Assembly (NCBI RefSeq): GCF_006345805.1
Contig: NC_043009.1
Location: forward strand, 61,008,001-61,072,000
DNA from: Octopus sinensis
Lineage: Eukaryota
Length of the DNA: 64,000 bases
Direction of reading: 5' to 3'
In this document: piece by piece, positions 1 through 10,580 of the stretch
Numbering within the stretch: the stretch's first letter is position 1
Layout of the letters: the number at the start of each line of letters is the position of its first letter
Made by a program: the position numbers and the translations under genes
The notes under the pieces: model-generated
What the model saw: only the letters and a program-made list of their open reading frames with translations
The model's database searches: none
Told to the model about the DNA's origin: nothing

Positions 1-10
1 TTGAAGTTTT

Positions 11-440
11 ATATATTTAGTGTAGGAAGAAATGGAGCTGAACGAAGATTTAACAAAATTCCTTTTTATTATTTTCTACATATGTTTCAAAGGCTGCAAA
101 GTCCCTAATTCAGGAAAATCCAGGAACTTAATTCTCCAACAAAATGCACAGCAAGCTTTTCGACAAACGCTCGCGAGGAGCCCATGGGATAAAAAATTTT
201 TTTTTTTTTTTTTTTTTTTTATCCCATGGGCTCCTCGCGAGCGTTTGTCGAAAAGCTTGCTGTACATTTTGTTGGAGAATTAAGTTCCTGAATTTTTCTG
301 AAGAGAAGGCTGCAAAATGGTCTCCTTATTCAATCCGAATAAGGGACTTTGCAGCCTTTGAAACATATGTAGAAAATAGTAAAAAGGAATTTTGTTAAAT
401 CTTCGTTCAGCTCCATTTCTTCCTACACTAAATATATATA
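11..440. repeat. Inverted (fold-back) pair of Penelope-like pseudo-LTR sequences flanked by (TA)n
   Basis: 11-195 is the reverse complement of about 222-440 around an A/T-run centre. The right arm carries ~40 extra nt containing a hammerhead core. Confidence 0.75.
292..377 (+). ncRNA. Type I hammerhead ribozyme motif (PLE-type, palindromic stem III, long stem II)
   Basis: Stem I ATTTTT(292-297)/GAAAAT(372-377); CTGAAGA 298-304; 12-bp stem II 305-316/348-359; GAAA 360-363; ACATATGT stem III; GTA cleavage triplet 369-371. Confidence 0.8.
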
Positions 441-444
441 TATG

Positions 445-478
<34 letters not shown>

Positions 479-481
479 CAT

Positions 482-548
482 ACATCATCATCATCATCAT
501 CATCGTTTAGCGTCCGTTTTCCATGCTAGCATGGGTTGGACGGGTCAA
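482..548 (-). mobile_element. Very short 3' end of RTE-type LINE with (GAT)n tail, inserted in (TA)n
   Basis: Reverse complement of ccaacccatgctagcatggaaaacggacgctaaacgatgatgat; the same tail ends longer copies at 46440, 50770 and 58930. Confidence 0.75.
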
Positions 549-566
549 TGTATATATATATATATG

Positions 567-597
<31 letters not shown>

Positions 598-622
598 GAT
601 GATGATATATATATATATGCAT

Positions 623-916
623 ATCACGTGATCATGTGACCGACCAGACCATCAGATGTTGTTACACATCGATGGTCACAATGCGTTCGCATTGTTTTAG
701 CCTTCGAATGATGCCACCCCGCTGGCTAAGCGAGCAGGCCAACAGAAGAAAGAGTGGTGAAAGAGTACAGCAGGGATCACCACCCACTGCCGCAGCCTCG
801 TGGAGCTTTTAGGTGTTTTTGCTCAATAAACACACACAACGCCCGGTCTGGGAATCGAAACCGCGATCTTGCGACCGCAAGTCCGCTGCCCTAACCACTA
901 GGCCATTGTGCCTCCA
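623..916 (-). mobile_element. tRNA-derived SINE, family C
   Basis: Minus-strand head ggcacaatggcctagtggttagggcagcggac...ggtttcgattccc with A/B boxes; homologous to 20014, 22206 and 63073. Confidence 0.8.
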
Positions 917-917
917 C

Positions 918-949
<32 letters not shown>

Positions 950-980
950 TATATATATATATATATTATATATATATATG

Positions 981-1017
<37 letters not shown>

Positions 1018-1027
1018 GTATATGTAT

Positions 1028-1067
<40 letters not shown>

Positions 1068-1520
1068 GTATATGTATATATATATATATGTATATATATG
1101 TATATATGTGTATATATATGTGTGTGTGTATAATCAAAATAAGCAACAAGAATGACTCCGGTAATTTGGTACAATCGTTTCGTACTACATCATTTTATTA
1201 AATGTTGTAAGTATTACAACAGATTTATGATGCTGAGTACTGTGTATATATATATGTATATATATCTCTATGTATATATATATATATGTGTGTGTGCGTA
1301 TATATATGTGTATATATATATGTATATATATATACAAAATAAGAAAATAGAGGAATAGATTTCTTTCAACCATCAACTACCAGATTGGATAAATGATATC
1401 CCATAGTGGGTTACACTCATAACCCCTATCTCACTTTGTATTTATATATATATATATATTTATATATACATATAATATATATGTATACATATAATATATA
1501 TTTACACACACACACATATG

Positions 1521-1552
<32 letters not shown>

Positions 1553-1878
1553 TATACCTATCTATGTGTGTATATATGTTGCATTAAAGACCCAACTGTG
1601 TTCCAGTTTTATCTTTTTATTACCAAAGTTTTGATACTTTTATATCAGTTTCCTGGCATTTAGTTCGGAATGATAAATGTTCCTAAATCCATTCTCAACA
1701 TTTCCAGACCTTCTCATTTTCAAAAATTGAAATGGATTTGGCTTGTGCATTGCTTCTTATATAGTGGTTGAACTTTTGTGTAGCAACGTCAATAGAAGTT
1801 CTCCAGCATGTCCAAAACTTATGGGCTGAGACAAAAGATAAATGATATATACATGTGTGTGTATGTATTATATATATA

Positions 1879-1933
<55 letters not shown>

Positions 1934-1956
1934 ATATATATATTATATATATTATG

Positions 1957-2038
<82 letters not shown>

Positions 2039-2051
2039 ATATATATATAAA

Positions 2052-2255
2052 GTTAATCCAAACAAGAAAACAAAAACAAAAAACAACAACGCAAGGACGT
2101 GGAACAAATAAAGTATTATTGGACGCTCAGGAAAGAAGGAAGGTTTGACGTTTCAAGCAGAGCTCTTCGTCGGAAACATAGGAGAAGGAAAGATCCCGAG
2201 AAGGGAAGACAGGGGGAAAAAATCGCTAGTGATACAGACGAGGTCACATACTAAA
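2052..2255 (-). mobile_element. ~200-bp (TA)n-embedded PLE-like element carrying a hammerhead (copy 1 of 3)
   Basis: Homologous to 27325-27565 and 48140-48350; (TA)n on both sides. Confidence 0.7.
2143..2177 (-). ncRNA. Minimal hammerhead motif, CCGACGA core
   Basis: Minus strand: GTTT-CCGACGA-A-GAGCTCTGCTT-GAA-ACGT-C|AAAC. Confidence 0.7.
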
Positions 2256-2357
2256 AATATATATATATATATGTATATTTATATATATATAAATTTTTTG
2301 CATAATGTGATAAAAAACCAAGGCTGTGTAGATATTAGAACATTTATAGATAGAAGG

Positions 2358-2407
2358 TCTTACAGCTGTTTCCAGGATATTTATTAATTATACCCCTTCA
2401 TTGGAGA
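2358..2407 (-). ncRNA. Decayed hammerhead motif
   Basis: Minus strand: TCT-CCAATGA-AGGGGTAT...ATATCCTG-GAA-ACAGCTGT-A|AGA; palindromic stem III intact, G5 lost. Confidence 0.45.
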
Positions 2408-2648
2408 GGATGCTTAAGTAATAATTGATTTAGATGGGATACAAAATAGAGAGTGAGGTGGAGGAAAGAAAATAGATGTGAGATATGTAGGGATATTGTA
2501 TCTGTAGGTCCATTTTTTAGGCAGAATGGTTTATATGTAAGATAACAATACCTTATGAGAATAATCCAACAGCATTTAAAATTGTTCATTCCAAATATAG
2601 AGTTTATACCTTATGAGTAAGATCCAACGGTATTTAAAATTGGTCAAG

Positions 2649-2692
<44 letters not shown>

Positions 2693-2699
2693 CATTGAT

Positions 2700-2870
2700 T
2701 GCTAAGTGTGGCTAGAGCTTGTGGATGAAGAAGATCCAGGAAGATAGGGGACAAAGTAGTGAAGGCTGACTTTAGGAACCTAAGCCTTAAAGAAGAAATG
2801 ATGAAGGACCAGGATGCCTGGCAATACAAGGATTCCAAGAAGAGCTGCCCATTAAGACAAAACCAACTTC
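2700..2870 (+). mobile_element. RTE LINE ORF2 C-terminal remnant
   Basis: Degenerate translation resembles G..GRGRP.KTW.EVV..DL..L.L..EM.KD..AW. Confidence 0.5.
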
Positions 2871-3155
2871 TGGAAACACTATGCTTGTACATATTGTAGA
2901 TGTGTGTGTATCTATCTTTAATTCTAAATCTAATTTTTCCCTGTAAGTTTGGATTTACTCCCTAATATTATTATTATTATTATATATATCATCATCATCA
3001 TCATAAAACGGACACTAAATGATGATGATGATATATATAATAATAATAATAATATTAGGGAGTAAATCCATACTTACAGGGAAAAATTAGATTTAGAATT
3101 AAAGATAGATACACACACATCTACAATATGTACAAGCATAGTGTTTCCAGAAGTC
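2866..3155. repeat. Near-perfect ~135-bp-arm inverted duplication centred on a (CAT)n-RTE tail-(GAT)n spacer
   Basis: cttctggaaacactatgcttg...ctccctaatatt is mirrored by aatattagggag...caagcatagtgtttccagaag. Confidence 0.85.
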
Positions 3156-3704
3156 AGTTTTGTATATATGTATGTATATAGATAGATAGATATATAGATA
3201 TAGTTATATACACACACACATAAAATAGAGACCTCGGGGAGGGTATCTGACATTAATTAATTTATCACCACTAACAAGAACTTAACTGTCAGTTCCCAAT
3301 GGATTTAATTCTAAGGGGTTGTAGACAACAGTTTGCATGAAGTCTTATGAATGTGATAAAGATAAATACAAATGTTCCCATTATTTTCCTCTGCCACTCT
3401 CAATTGTAGGAGGCTTTAGGTATACATTTTTTCCCTAAATTCATTCTGCCACAAAAATAGCAAATTGAAACAATGTAATTATTTTAGTCTCCTATACTGA
3501 TAAAATTTTGCTAAAAAATAATGGTTTATCCTTTATGTTGGAAATCTATATGGTCATCTGCTTCTGAGAGAGCGGTTTATTTCAAATTCATATATTGTTT
3601 CCATTGATCAATTAAATGAAGCCGCTTGAAATGGCTGTAATGCACTGGACATCCTTGTTACTTTGATTTTTATAGGCACACACACACACACACACATATA
3701 TATA

Positions 3705-4747
3705 CAGGGTGTAATGGGTAAATTGTCGCCATATCATACTTTTAATATTGTGCATGCACATTGTTTGTTTTTTATTTTGTTGACTACACAGTATCGTAGG
3801 GTCGGTTGGGCACCATCTGTGAAAAAAACAGCACCATGATGCAATTCACTCTGCCAGAAATGTAGAAATGACATGCTGTACTGCTTAGCATTCACACCAG
3901 AAGCTCTAATACGAACAAATAATGAACACACAGAACAACCGTTGGCTTGCTGTGTCCCCAAAATATGTACCAAGAGTGATAAAAATCAAACATCCAGTCA
4001 ACATCATGGTGTTTGGAGTAATCACTAGTGATGGCGACGTTATACCTCCATTCATTTTTCTCACATGGCTGCCCTGGATCAAGAGGGTGGCTACTGGACG
4101 ACCTTACACTGGCAAAAATAAATTTAAGACCGATGATAAAAGTTCTATTTCCTACAAAATATTTTGATACTAACACCATACAAATTATTTCTATCTTTTA
4201 CACCTTATGCGGAATTTATTTTTCTTTCGAATAATGCAGACAATAACTATTCTTATACAACTTGAAGAATTCTAATGCTAAATTAATATAAACGTTTCAA
4301 ATTTACCATTTACCGGCAAAATTAGTTTAAGACCGTATCATTATAATTTTATTTAAAGCTTAAGATTGTAGCAAAAATGAGCAACAAGAACGAAATACAT
4401 ATTAGTACTTTGTGCCGTAGCCTTTATTCTTGATGACGGCTGAACAATGCCTTGGCATTGAATTCGCTTGAGCAAGAGACCAACAAAACACCAAAGACGA
4501 ACTGAAGGTAAGGATTATGGCAGCGTTCACCAACTTAAACAATGAGACCATCCAGAAGAGTTGCAGGAGTTTCTGAAGTTGTCTAGAGGCTGTGGTTGAA
4601 GCCATGGGTAATTTTATTGAATAAATTTACTCTTTAGTATTTCAAGATATATTTATGTAATTTTGGTGAATATATCTGTTAAAATGAGATGTCAGTGTTA
4701 TTTTCATTTTTGCGTAATTTAGATGACAGTTTATACACTGCACCCTT
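3705..4747 (+). mobile_element. Degenerate Tc1/mariner-superfamily transposon, internally deleted, with a ~320-bp insert
   Basis: TA-flanked imperfect TIRs (cagggtg.../...caccct); peptides NTQNNRWLAVSP..KHPVNIMVFGVITSDG (3922-4108) and LEQETNKTPKDELKVRIMAAF...LEAVVEAMGNFIE (4455-4622). Confidence 0.75.
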
Positions 4748-5303
4748 TATATATATATAATTGCTTTAACATCTCCTTTTCTGTGATTGCATGAGTCAGA
4801 CAAAATTTGATGAGATAGATATTTCACCGTTGGATGCTCTTTTTGCTGCCAACCCTCACCTATTTCCAAGTAAGGTAATAGTTCTTCTAATCCTTCCAAC
4901 ACGAACAGACGACAATATATTTGCCACAATCCTGTATGTATAATGTACGTAGAAGTAATCAACCCCTCTTCTCACTGCAGCTCTACTCCCCTCCTTCTGA
5001 TACAGCATTTCTTTCTTGCTATCCAGAACCAATTTACTTGCTAGCCATTCTTCTTCCATTAATATTGCTCCCCCTCACCTGCTCTTGCCTTATCACCCAA
5101 CTCTACCTTTGTCTCCCTGCTGTTGCCAGTCACTCACCCTCTCCCATCTGCCTCTACTTATTCTTCACATCCTTCTTTTATTCCACCCTCCCAGTCATTC
5201 TGGTTCCTTGGATGTCATTGTTTTTTCTCTTCTTTCTCTCCAAATCCCCCTCCTTGGTCACCTGTGCAAATGTACATTCCCTAATTTATCGAGTATTCCT
5301 TAA

Positions 5304-5524
5304 CCCTTTAGTGTTCAGATTATTCTGTCAAATGTGATGTCTGTTTATTTAAAATGGTTTGAATTAATCCTGCATTATCTTGTAGTTTACAGATTTCAGT
5401 GATGTGATTTTTTTAGTTTTAGAATGACATTGTAGGGCTGAGGTGAGAGGCGAGATCTGGTCAGTTTCAAAATAAAACAGGTTAAATATTTTGGCCAGAT
5501 ATGGCCGGTTTGAATGCTAAAGGG
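5304..5524. mobile_element. TTAA-flanked MITE (piggyBac-like)
   Basis: TTAA|CCCTTTAG...CTAAAGGG|TTAA; relatives near 23705, 24300-24460, 50380 and 52506. Confidence 0.7.
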
Positions 5525-5549
5525 TTAAACTTACATTTAAGTCCCTATA

Positions 5550-5790
5550 TGAAGGTGCATGGCTTAGTGGTTAGTGTTTGGCTCATGCTTGAAAAGTTGT
5601 AAGTTCAATCCCAGTGCAGCACACCGTGTCCTTGAGCAAGATACTTCATTTCATGTTGCCCCAGTCCACTCAGCTGGCAAAAATGAGTTGTACCAGTAAT
5701 TAAAAAGGGCCAGTCTTGTCACATTCTGAGTTACATTGAATCTCCCTGAGAACTATGGAGTGCTGTGGCATGCTCAACGACTTGCACATT
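5550..5790 (+). mobile_element. tRNA-derived SINE, family E (decayed)
   Basis: gaaggtgcatggcttagtggttag...gttcaatccc, then gtgtccttgagcaagatactt; homologous to 53625-53962. Confidence 0.65.
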
Positions 5791-6224
5791 AATTTCACTA
5801 ACAAGCTATTCCATTTAACAGATTGACTGAAACCCTTGTTGTCATAACTGACAGAATAACAGTTTAAGTCCCCATCTTCACATCTCAAATACTGTCACCA
5901 TTGTTCCACTCTACAAATTCGAATTTCCTGTATACAAGTGCTCTACCACTACCATCACCACCATCACACACCCTTACTGTTTACACTGGAAAGTGGTTGA
6001 CTATATGAGCAGAAAACGTTCATGGTTATGAAGTCAACCTATCCAACCTCTCTAGTGCGGAGGCAACTGGGAAATGCACCCAGGAGTGGCTGTGTGGTAA
6101 GTAACGCCTCCTGAATCAGAATCAGCTATTGGTAGGTGTGGTACAATATTCTTACTAATCATTGCTCTGAATGCACACCTAAGAAAAAATATATATATAT
6201 ATATATTTTATAAGGTGTGCATTC

Positions 6225-6264
6225 AAAGCAGTGATTAGTAAATTTACGAAACCGGTATGCTTTT
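6225..6264 (+). ncRNA. Minimal hammerhead motif with G3/U8 core variant
   Basis: AAAGCA-GTGATTA-GTAAATTTAC-GAA-ACCGGT-A|TGCTTT; all three stems pair. Confidence 0.65.
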
Positions 6265-7290
6265 GAATCTCTTTAACAATTCACAATAATGACTTTTATT
6301 ACTTTTATTCCTACCTCAGTTCATCTAAGTGTATATATCTATCGTTACTTTTCATAAAAAGCCTTTACTTTTTTTGATTTCCAATCTGCATTTTCGCTTA
6401 TTTTTCTTCTCACTTCCCCCTTACATTTCCACATGCAGCTTCTATTTTCTTTTCGTAACATATTTCTATTAAAAATATATGTATATATATATACACATAC
6501 ATGTATGTATGTATGTGTATATTAAGAAAAAGGAAGGCAGTCAGGGTTTGGATAAAAAGTATTTATTTAATAAAAAGTGTTTGGCCCAAATCCTGACTAC
6601 TTTTTTTTTCTGAATGCATAAAAAGTGTACACTACTTTAAACAATTTCTTTCTCTCTCTCTCTCTCTTTCTCTCTCTCCCTCCCTCCCTCTCTCTCCCTC
6701 TCCTCCCTCTCTCTCTCTCTGTATACGCATGCAAACACACACACATGTATGTATGGAACTATATCTATCTATTTATCCATGTGTCTGTCAATGTGTATAT
6801 GTGTGTGTTTGTGTGTCTTTGCATTTGTCCACTGTCACCACCACTTTATAACTGGTGTTAGTTTGTTTACATCCTTGTAACTTCACATTTTGGCAAAACA
6901 GATCGATAGTGCAGGCACCAGGCTCAAAGAAAATAAGTGCTGGGGTCAATTTGGTTGATTAATCCCTCCATGGTGGTGCTCCAGCATGGCCACAGTCCAA
7001 TGATTGAAACAGATAAATGAAAAAAACATTGAATTATTTATTCAACCAGGTGATTATTCTAATTACCTGTGAGTGTATGTATATTGCTCAGTGTTACCTG
7101 TATTGGAGGCATTGAATCTTGTCTAGGCATGTGACTGGCTGCAAATACATGTCAATGGTAAAGACCAAAAAGATTGAAATATACTCTGGTATTCTCACTA
7201 GCCACTGGCGGAAAGATTTTTCCATCTCTGTCCAGTATATGTTATTTTGAAACAAGACACATCCATAAGAGATGATTTCTCAAATAGGTG

Positions 7291-7455
7291 CAGGAGTGGC
7301 TGTGTGGTAAGTAGCTTGTTTACCAACCACATGGTTCCAGGTTCAGTCCCACCGCATGGCATCTTGGGCAAGTGTCTTCTACTATAGCCTCGGGCCAACC
7401 AAAGCCTTGTGAGTGGATTGGTAGACGGAATCTGAAAGAAGCCCGTCGTATATAC

Positions 7456-7490
<35 letters not shown>

Positions 7491-7710
7491 TGTGTGTGTT
7501 TTTGTATCTGTGTTTGTCCCCTAGCATTGCTTGACAACCGATGCTGGTGTGTTTATGTCCCCGTCACTTAGCGGTTTGGCAAAAGAGACCGATAGAATAA
7601 GTACTGGGCTTACAAAAGAATTAGTCCCGGGTCGAGTTGCTCAATTAAAAGGTGGTGCTCCAGCATGGCCACAGTCAAATGACTGAAACAAGTAAAAGAG
7701 TAAAGAGTAA
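7291..7710 (+). mobile_element. tRNA-derived SINE, family A (full length, internal TA/TG microsatellite)
   Basis: ggagtggctgtgtggtaag...ggttcagtccc head; ggcaagtgtcttct core; (AAAGAGT)n tail. Confidence 0.85.
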
Positions 7711-7729
7711 TAACTTGCTATCTTTTATT

Positions 7730-7950
7730 CCTTTATTCTTTTACTTGTTTCAGTCATTTGACTGTGGCCATGCTGGAGCACCGCCTTTAGCCGAGCAACT
7801 CGACCCCCGGAACTTATTCTTTGTTAGCCTAGTACTTATTCTATCAGTCTCTTTTGCTGAACTGCTAAGTTACAGGGACATAAACACACCAATATCGGTT
7901 GTCAAGCGGTGGGGGGTGGCAAACACAGACACACACACACACACACACGT
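7730..7950 (-). mobile_element. SINE family A, 3' half, tail-to-tail with the previous copy
   Basis: Reverse complement of the family A 3' half. Confidence 0.8.
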
Positions 7951-8189
7951 CTTTTGTTTTTCTAAAAATTTCAAATATATATATTTACATACATTTACAT
8001 ACACCCATATACATATATATACATATACCTACACACACGCACGCGCGCACACACAGACCATGTTTACTCAACCGTGTCGGCCTTCTTTTTAGGTGCAAAA
8101 TATACTGTCACGTGACACTGTTGCACAAACACAGCGGGAAAACATACAAAAGGTTATAAACTTAATCATGTGTTAATTCTCTACAAGCA

Positions 8190-8812
8190 CTTAACGAAAA
8201 ACACATTCAGACATTGATTTTTTGGACATGTTCAGTCAACCATGTCAACCTTAACTGACGACACCAAGCATTATCACTTGATTCTAATGTAGCAGGGTAC
8301 CTACAAAAATTCCTAAGACTAGTCATGTGGCTATCCTCTACTAATTGAATCCTATTCAAAACATATTGCTCAGAACATTGACCTCCTGGAATCTGTCCAG
8401 AGACGTGCAACCAAACGCATACCCTCTATCAGACACCTACCATATTCTGAGCGCCTTGTTTCCCTGGGCATGGATTCACTGAAGCTCCGGCGTCTGGCGA
8501 CGGACTTGGTAAACACCCACAAAGTTATCAACCACCTCACCAACAACAACACTGAACACCTTTTTGATCTCCATGTGTCTAACACACGTGGACATGCCTA
8601 CGAAGTCAGAAAACAACACAGCTCCCATGACTTTCGGAAACATTTTTTCACGCTCAGAGTTGCTGAAGCATGGAATAAACTGCCTGTGTCAGTTGTTGAC
8701 TGCCATGACACTGCATCCTTTAAGGCCCTCATGCTTTCCGAAATCCGCCGAAACTACACCTGATTATATATACACTTTAGATGAGTTGTAGTGCACCTGA
8801 GCATTGTACACA

Positions 8813-8845
<33 letters not shown>
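8190..8845 (+). mobile_element. 5'-truncated CR1-clade LINE 3' end
   Basis: LESVQRRATKRIP..LPYSERLVSLGMDSLKLRRL..D...TRGH..FFTLRVAEAWNKLP, stop at 8763, (ATT)n tail. Confidence 0.9.
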
Positions 8846-8847
<2 letters not shown>

Positions 8848-9006
8848 CTCCTCTGAGCCATGAACTCCCTAAGGCAAGCTTCAAACACTTATCAGAAGCA
8901 AGACAGCTGCGACATAAGCCATGTCTGTGAAACCTGTCAAAGCTTTAAATAAATTAATAAAAAAATATTTAACTATTCTCAGTGCATTTTCAACTTCTAT
9001 TTTTCA

Positions 9007-9253
9007 AAATATTCTGTTGTGTCTGGGGAGAGTCATTTTTTTTTTTTGTGCCTTGTAATGTAACACAATTGACTATTGAAAAGGTTGCAAGAACAACAAA
9101 AATTTTAGGAAAATAAAAATAAAAAAATAAGTGGAAATTTTACCGGTGAGTGTGTTACATTATAAGGCACAAAAAGAAAATGACTCTCCCCAGACACAAC
9201 AGAATATGCTTCAACACACGAACTCATATAAAGAATCTTGCAAACCAAATCCC
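9007..9253. mobile_element. Long-TIR fold-back element, copy 1
   Basis: Arms ttgtgtctggggagagtc / gactctccccagacacaa; the same family is at 15722-15998. Confidence 0.65.
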
Positions 9254-9504
9254 AAAAAAAATTTTTCTAAATATTATACATATATATATATAATGTGTGT
9301 GTGTGTATTTACACTAATTCCTGCGAACAATATGATGATGCCTTGAGTTTAATCCATAATCTTGTTTGTCTTCAGGAGTTTGTTGAAACAGAAAGCTAAA
9401 GAACGTTTTCTCTTTCGTGCTAATTTCTCACCACTTTCCCCAACTCACTGTATTCTGTTGTTATATTTAATATTATCATTTTCTCTCAGTAATATTTATA
9501 ATTT

Positions 9505-9695
9505 GAAGGCAGTGAGCTGGCAGAATCATTAGCATGCCAGGCAAAATGCTTAGCAGCATTTCATCTGTCTTTACATTATGAGTTCAAATTCTGCCGAGGT
9601 TCACTTTGCCTTTCAACCTAATGGGGTCGATAAATTAAGTACCAGTGAAACACTGGGGTTGATGTAATTGACAAAACCCCACCCCTCCAAAATTT
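9505..9695 (+). mobile_element. tRNA-derived SINE, family B (Nin/Deu-like core)
   Basis: gagctggcagaatcattagc...gagttcaaattctgccgagg...ggggtcgataaattaagtaccag. Confidence 0.75.
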
Positions 9696-9702
9696 CAAGA
9701 GA

Positions 9703-10205
9703 ATACCCTCCATCAGGCATTTGCCATATTCTGAACTCCTTACTTCCCTGGGCATGGATACATTGAAACTCTGACGTCTGGCAGCTGACTTGGCAGACAC
9801 CCATAAAATTATTAACCATCTTACAAACAATAACTCTGAGCACCTTTTCAAACTCCACCTGTCTAACACCCGTGGACATGTTTACAAAGTCAGAAAACAG
9901 CACAGCTCCCATGACTTTCGGAAACATTTTTTCACGCTAAGAGTTGCTGAAGCATGTAACAAACTGCCGGCATCAGTTGTTAGTTGTCGGAGCACTGCAT
10001 CTTTCAAAACTTCCATGCTTCCTGAGATTCGCCAACACTACACCTGATTTCCTCCCCTCCATACACACGCAAGCATGTATTTGACTCATACACTGCTCAC
10101 TTCCCAGACATTTGTACATTACTGCATATGCTTTATAAGCACTTTTGACAAGTTGTGGTGCACCTGAGCACTGTATACAATAATTTCATTATTATTATTA
10201 ATACA
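9703..10205 (+). mobile_element. CR1-clade LINE 3' end, second copy
   Basis: Same C-terminal peptide (TRGH..FFTLRVAEACNKLP), longer 3' UTR, (ATT)n tail. Confidence 0.9.
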
Positions 10206-10217
10206 TATTATATTGAC

Positions 10218-10580
10218 ACAGGAGTGGCTGTGTGGTTGGTAGCTTGTATACCAACCACATGGTTCCAGGTTCAGTCCCACTGCGTGGCACCTTGGACAAG
10301 TGTCTTCTACTATAGCCTAGCGCTGACCAAAGCCTTGTGAGTGGATTTCGTAGACGGAAACTGAACGAAGCCCATCGTATATATAAATATATATATATGT
10401 GTGTGTATGTATGTCTGTGTTTCTCCCGCCACTATTACTTGACAACTGATGTTGGTGTGTTTACGTCCCCGTTCAGCAAAAGAACCGATAAAATAAGTTT
10501 TAGGTTTACAAAGAATAAGGGCTCCGGTCGATTTGCTTGACTAAAGGCGGTGCTCCAGCATGGCAACTGTCAAATGATAG
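10218..10580 (+). mobile_element. SINE family A
   Basis: Homology to 7291-7710. Confidence 0.8.

Noticed and set aside
3300-3650. Possible Penelope RT remnant (LINGKQY-like) on the minus strand
   Set aside because: Too short and degenerate to support by eye.
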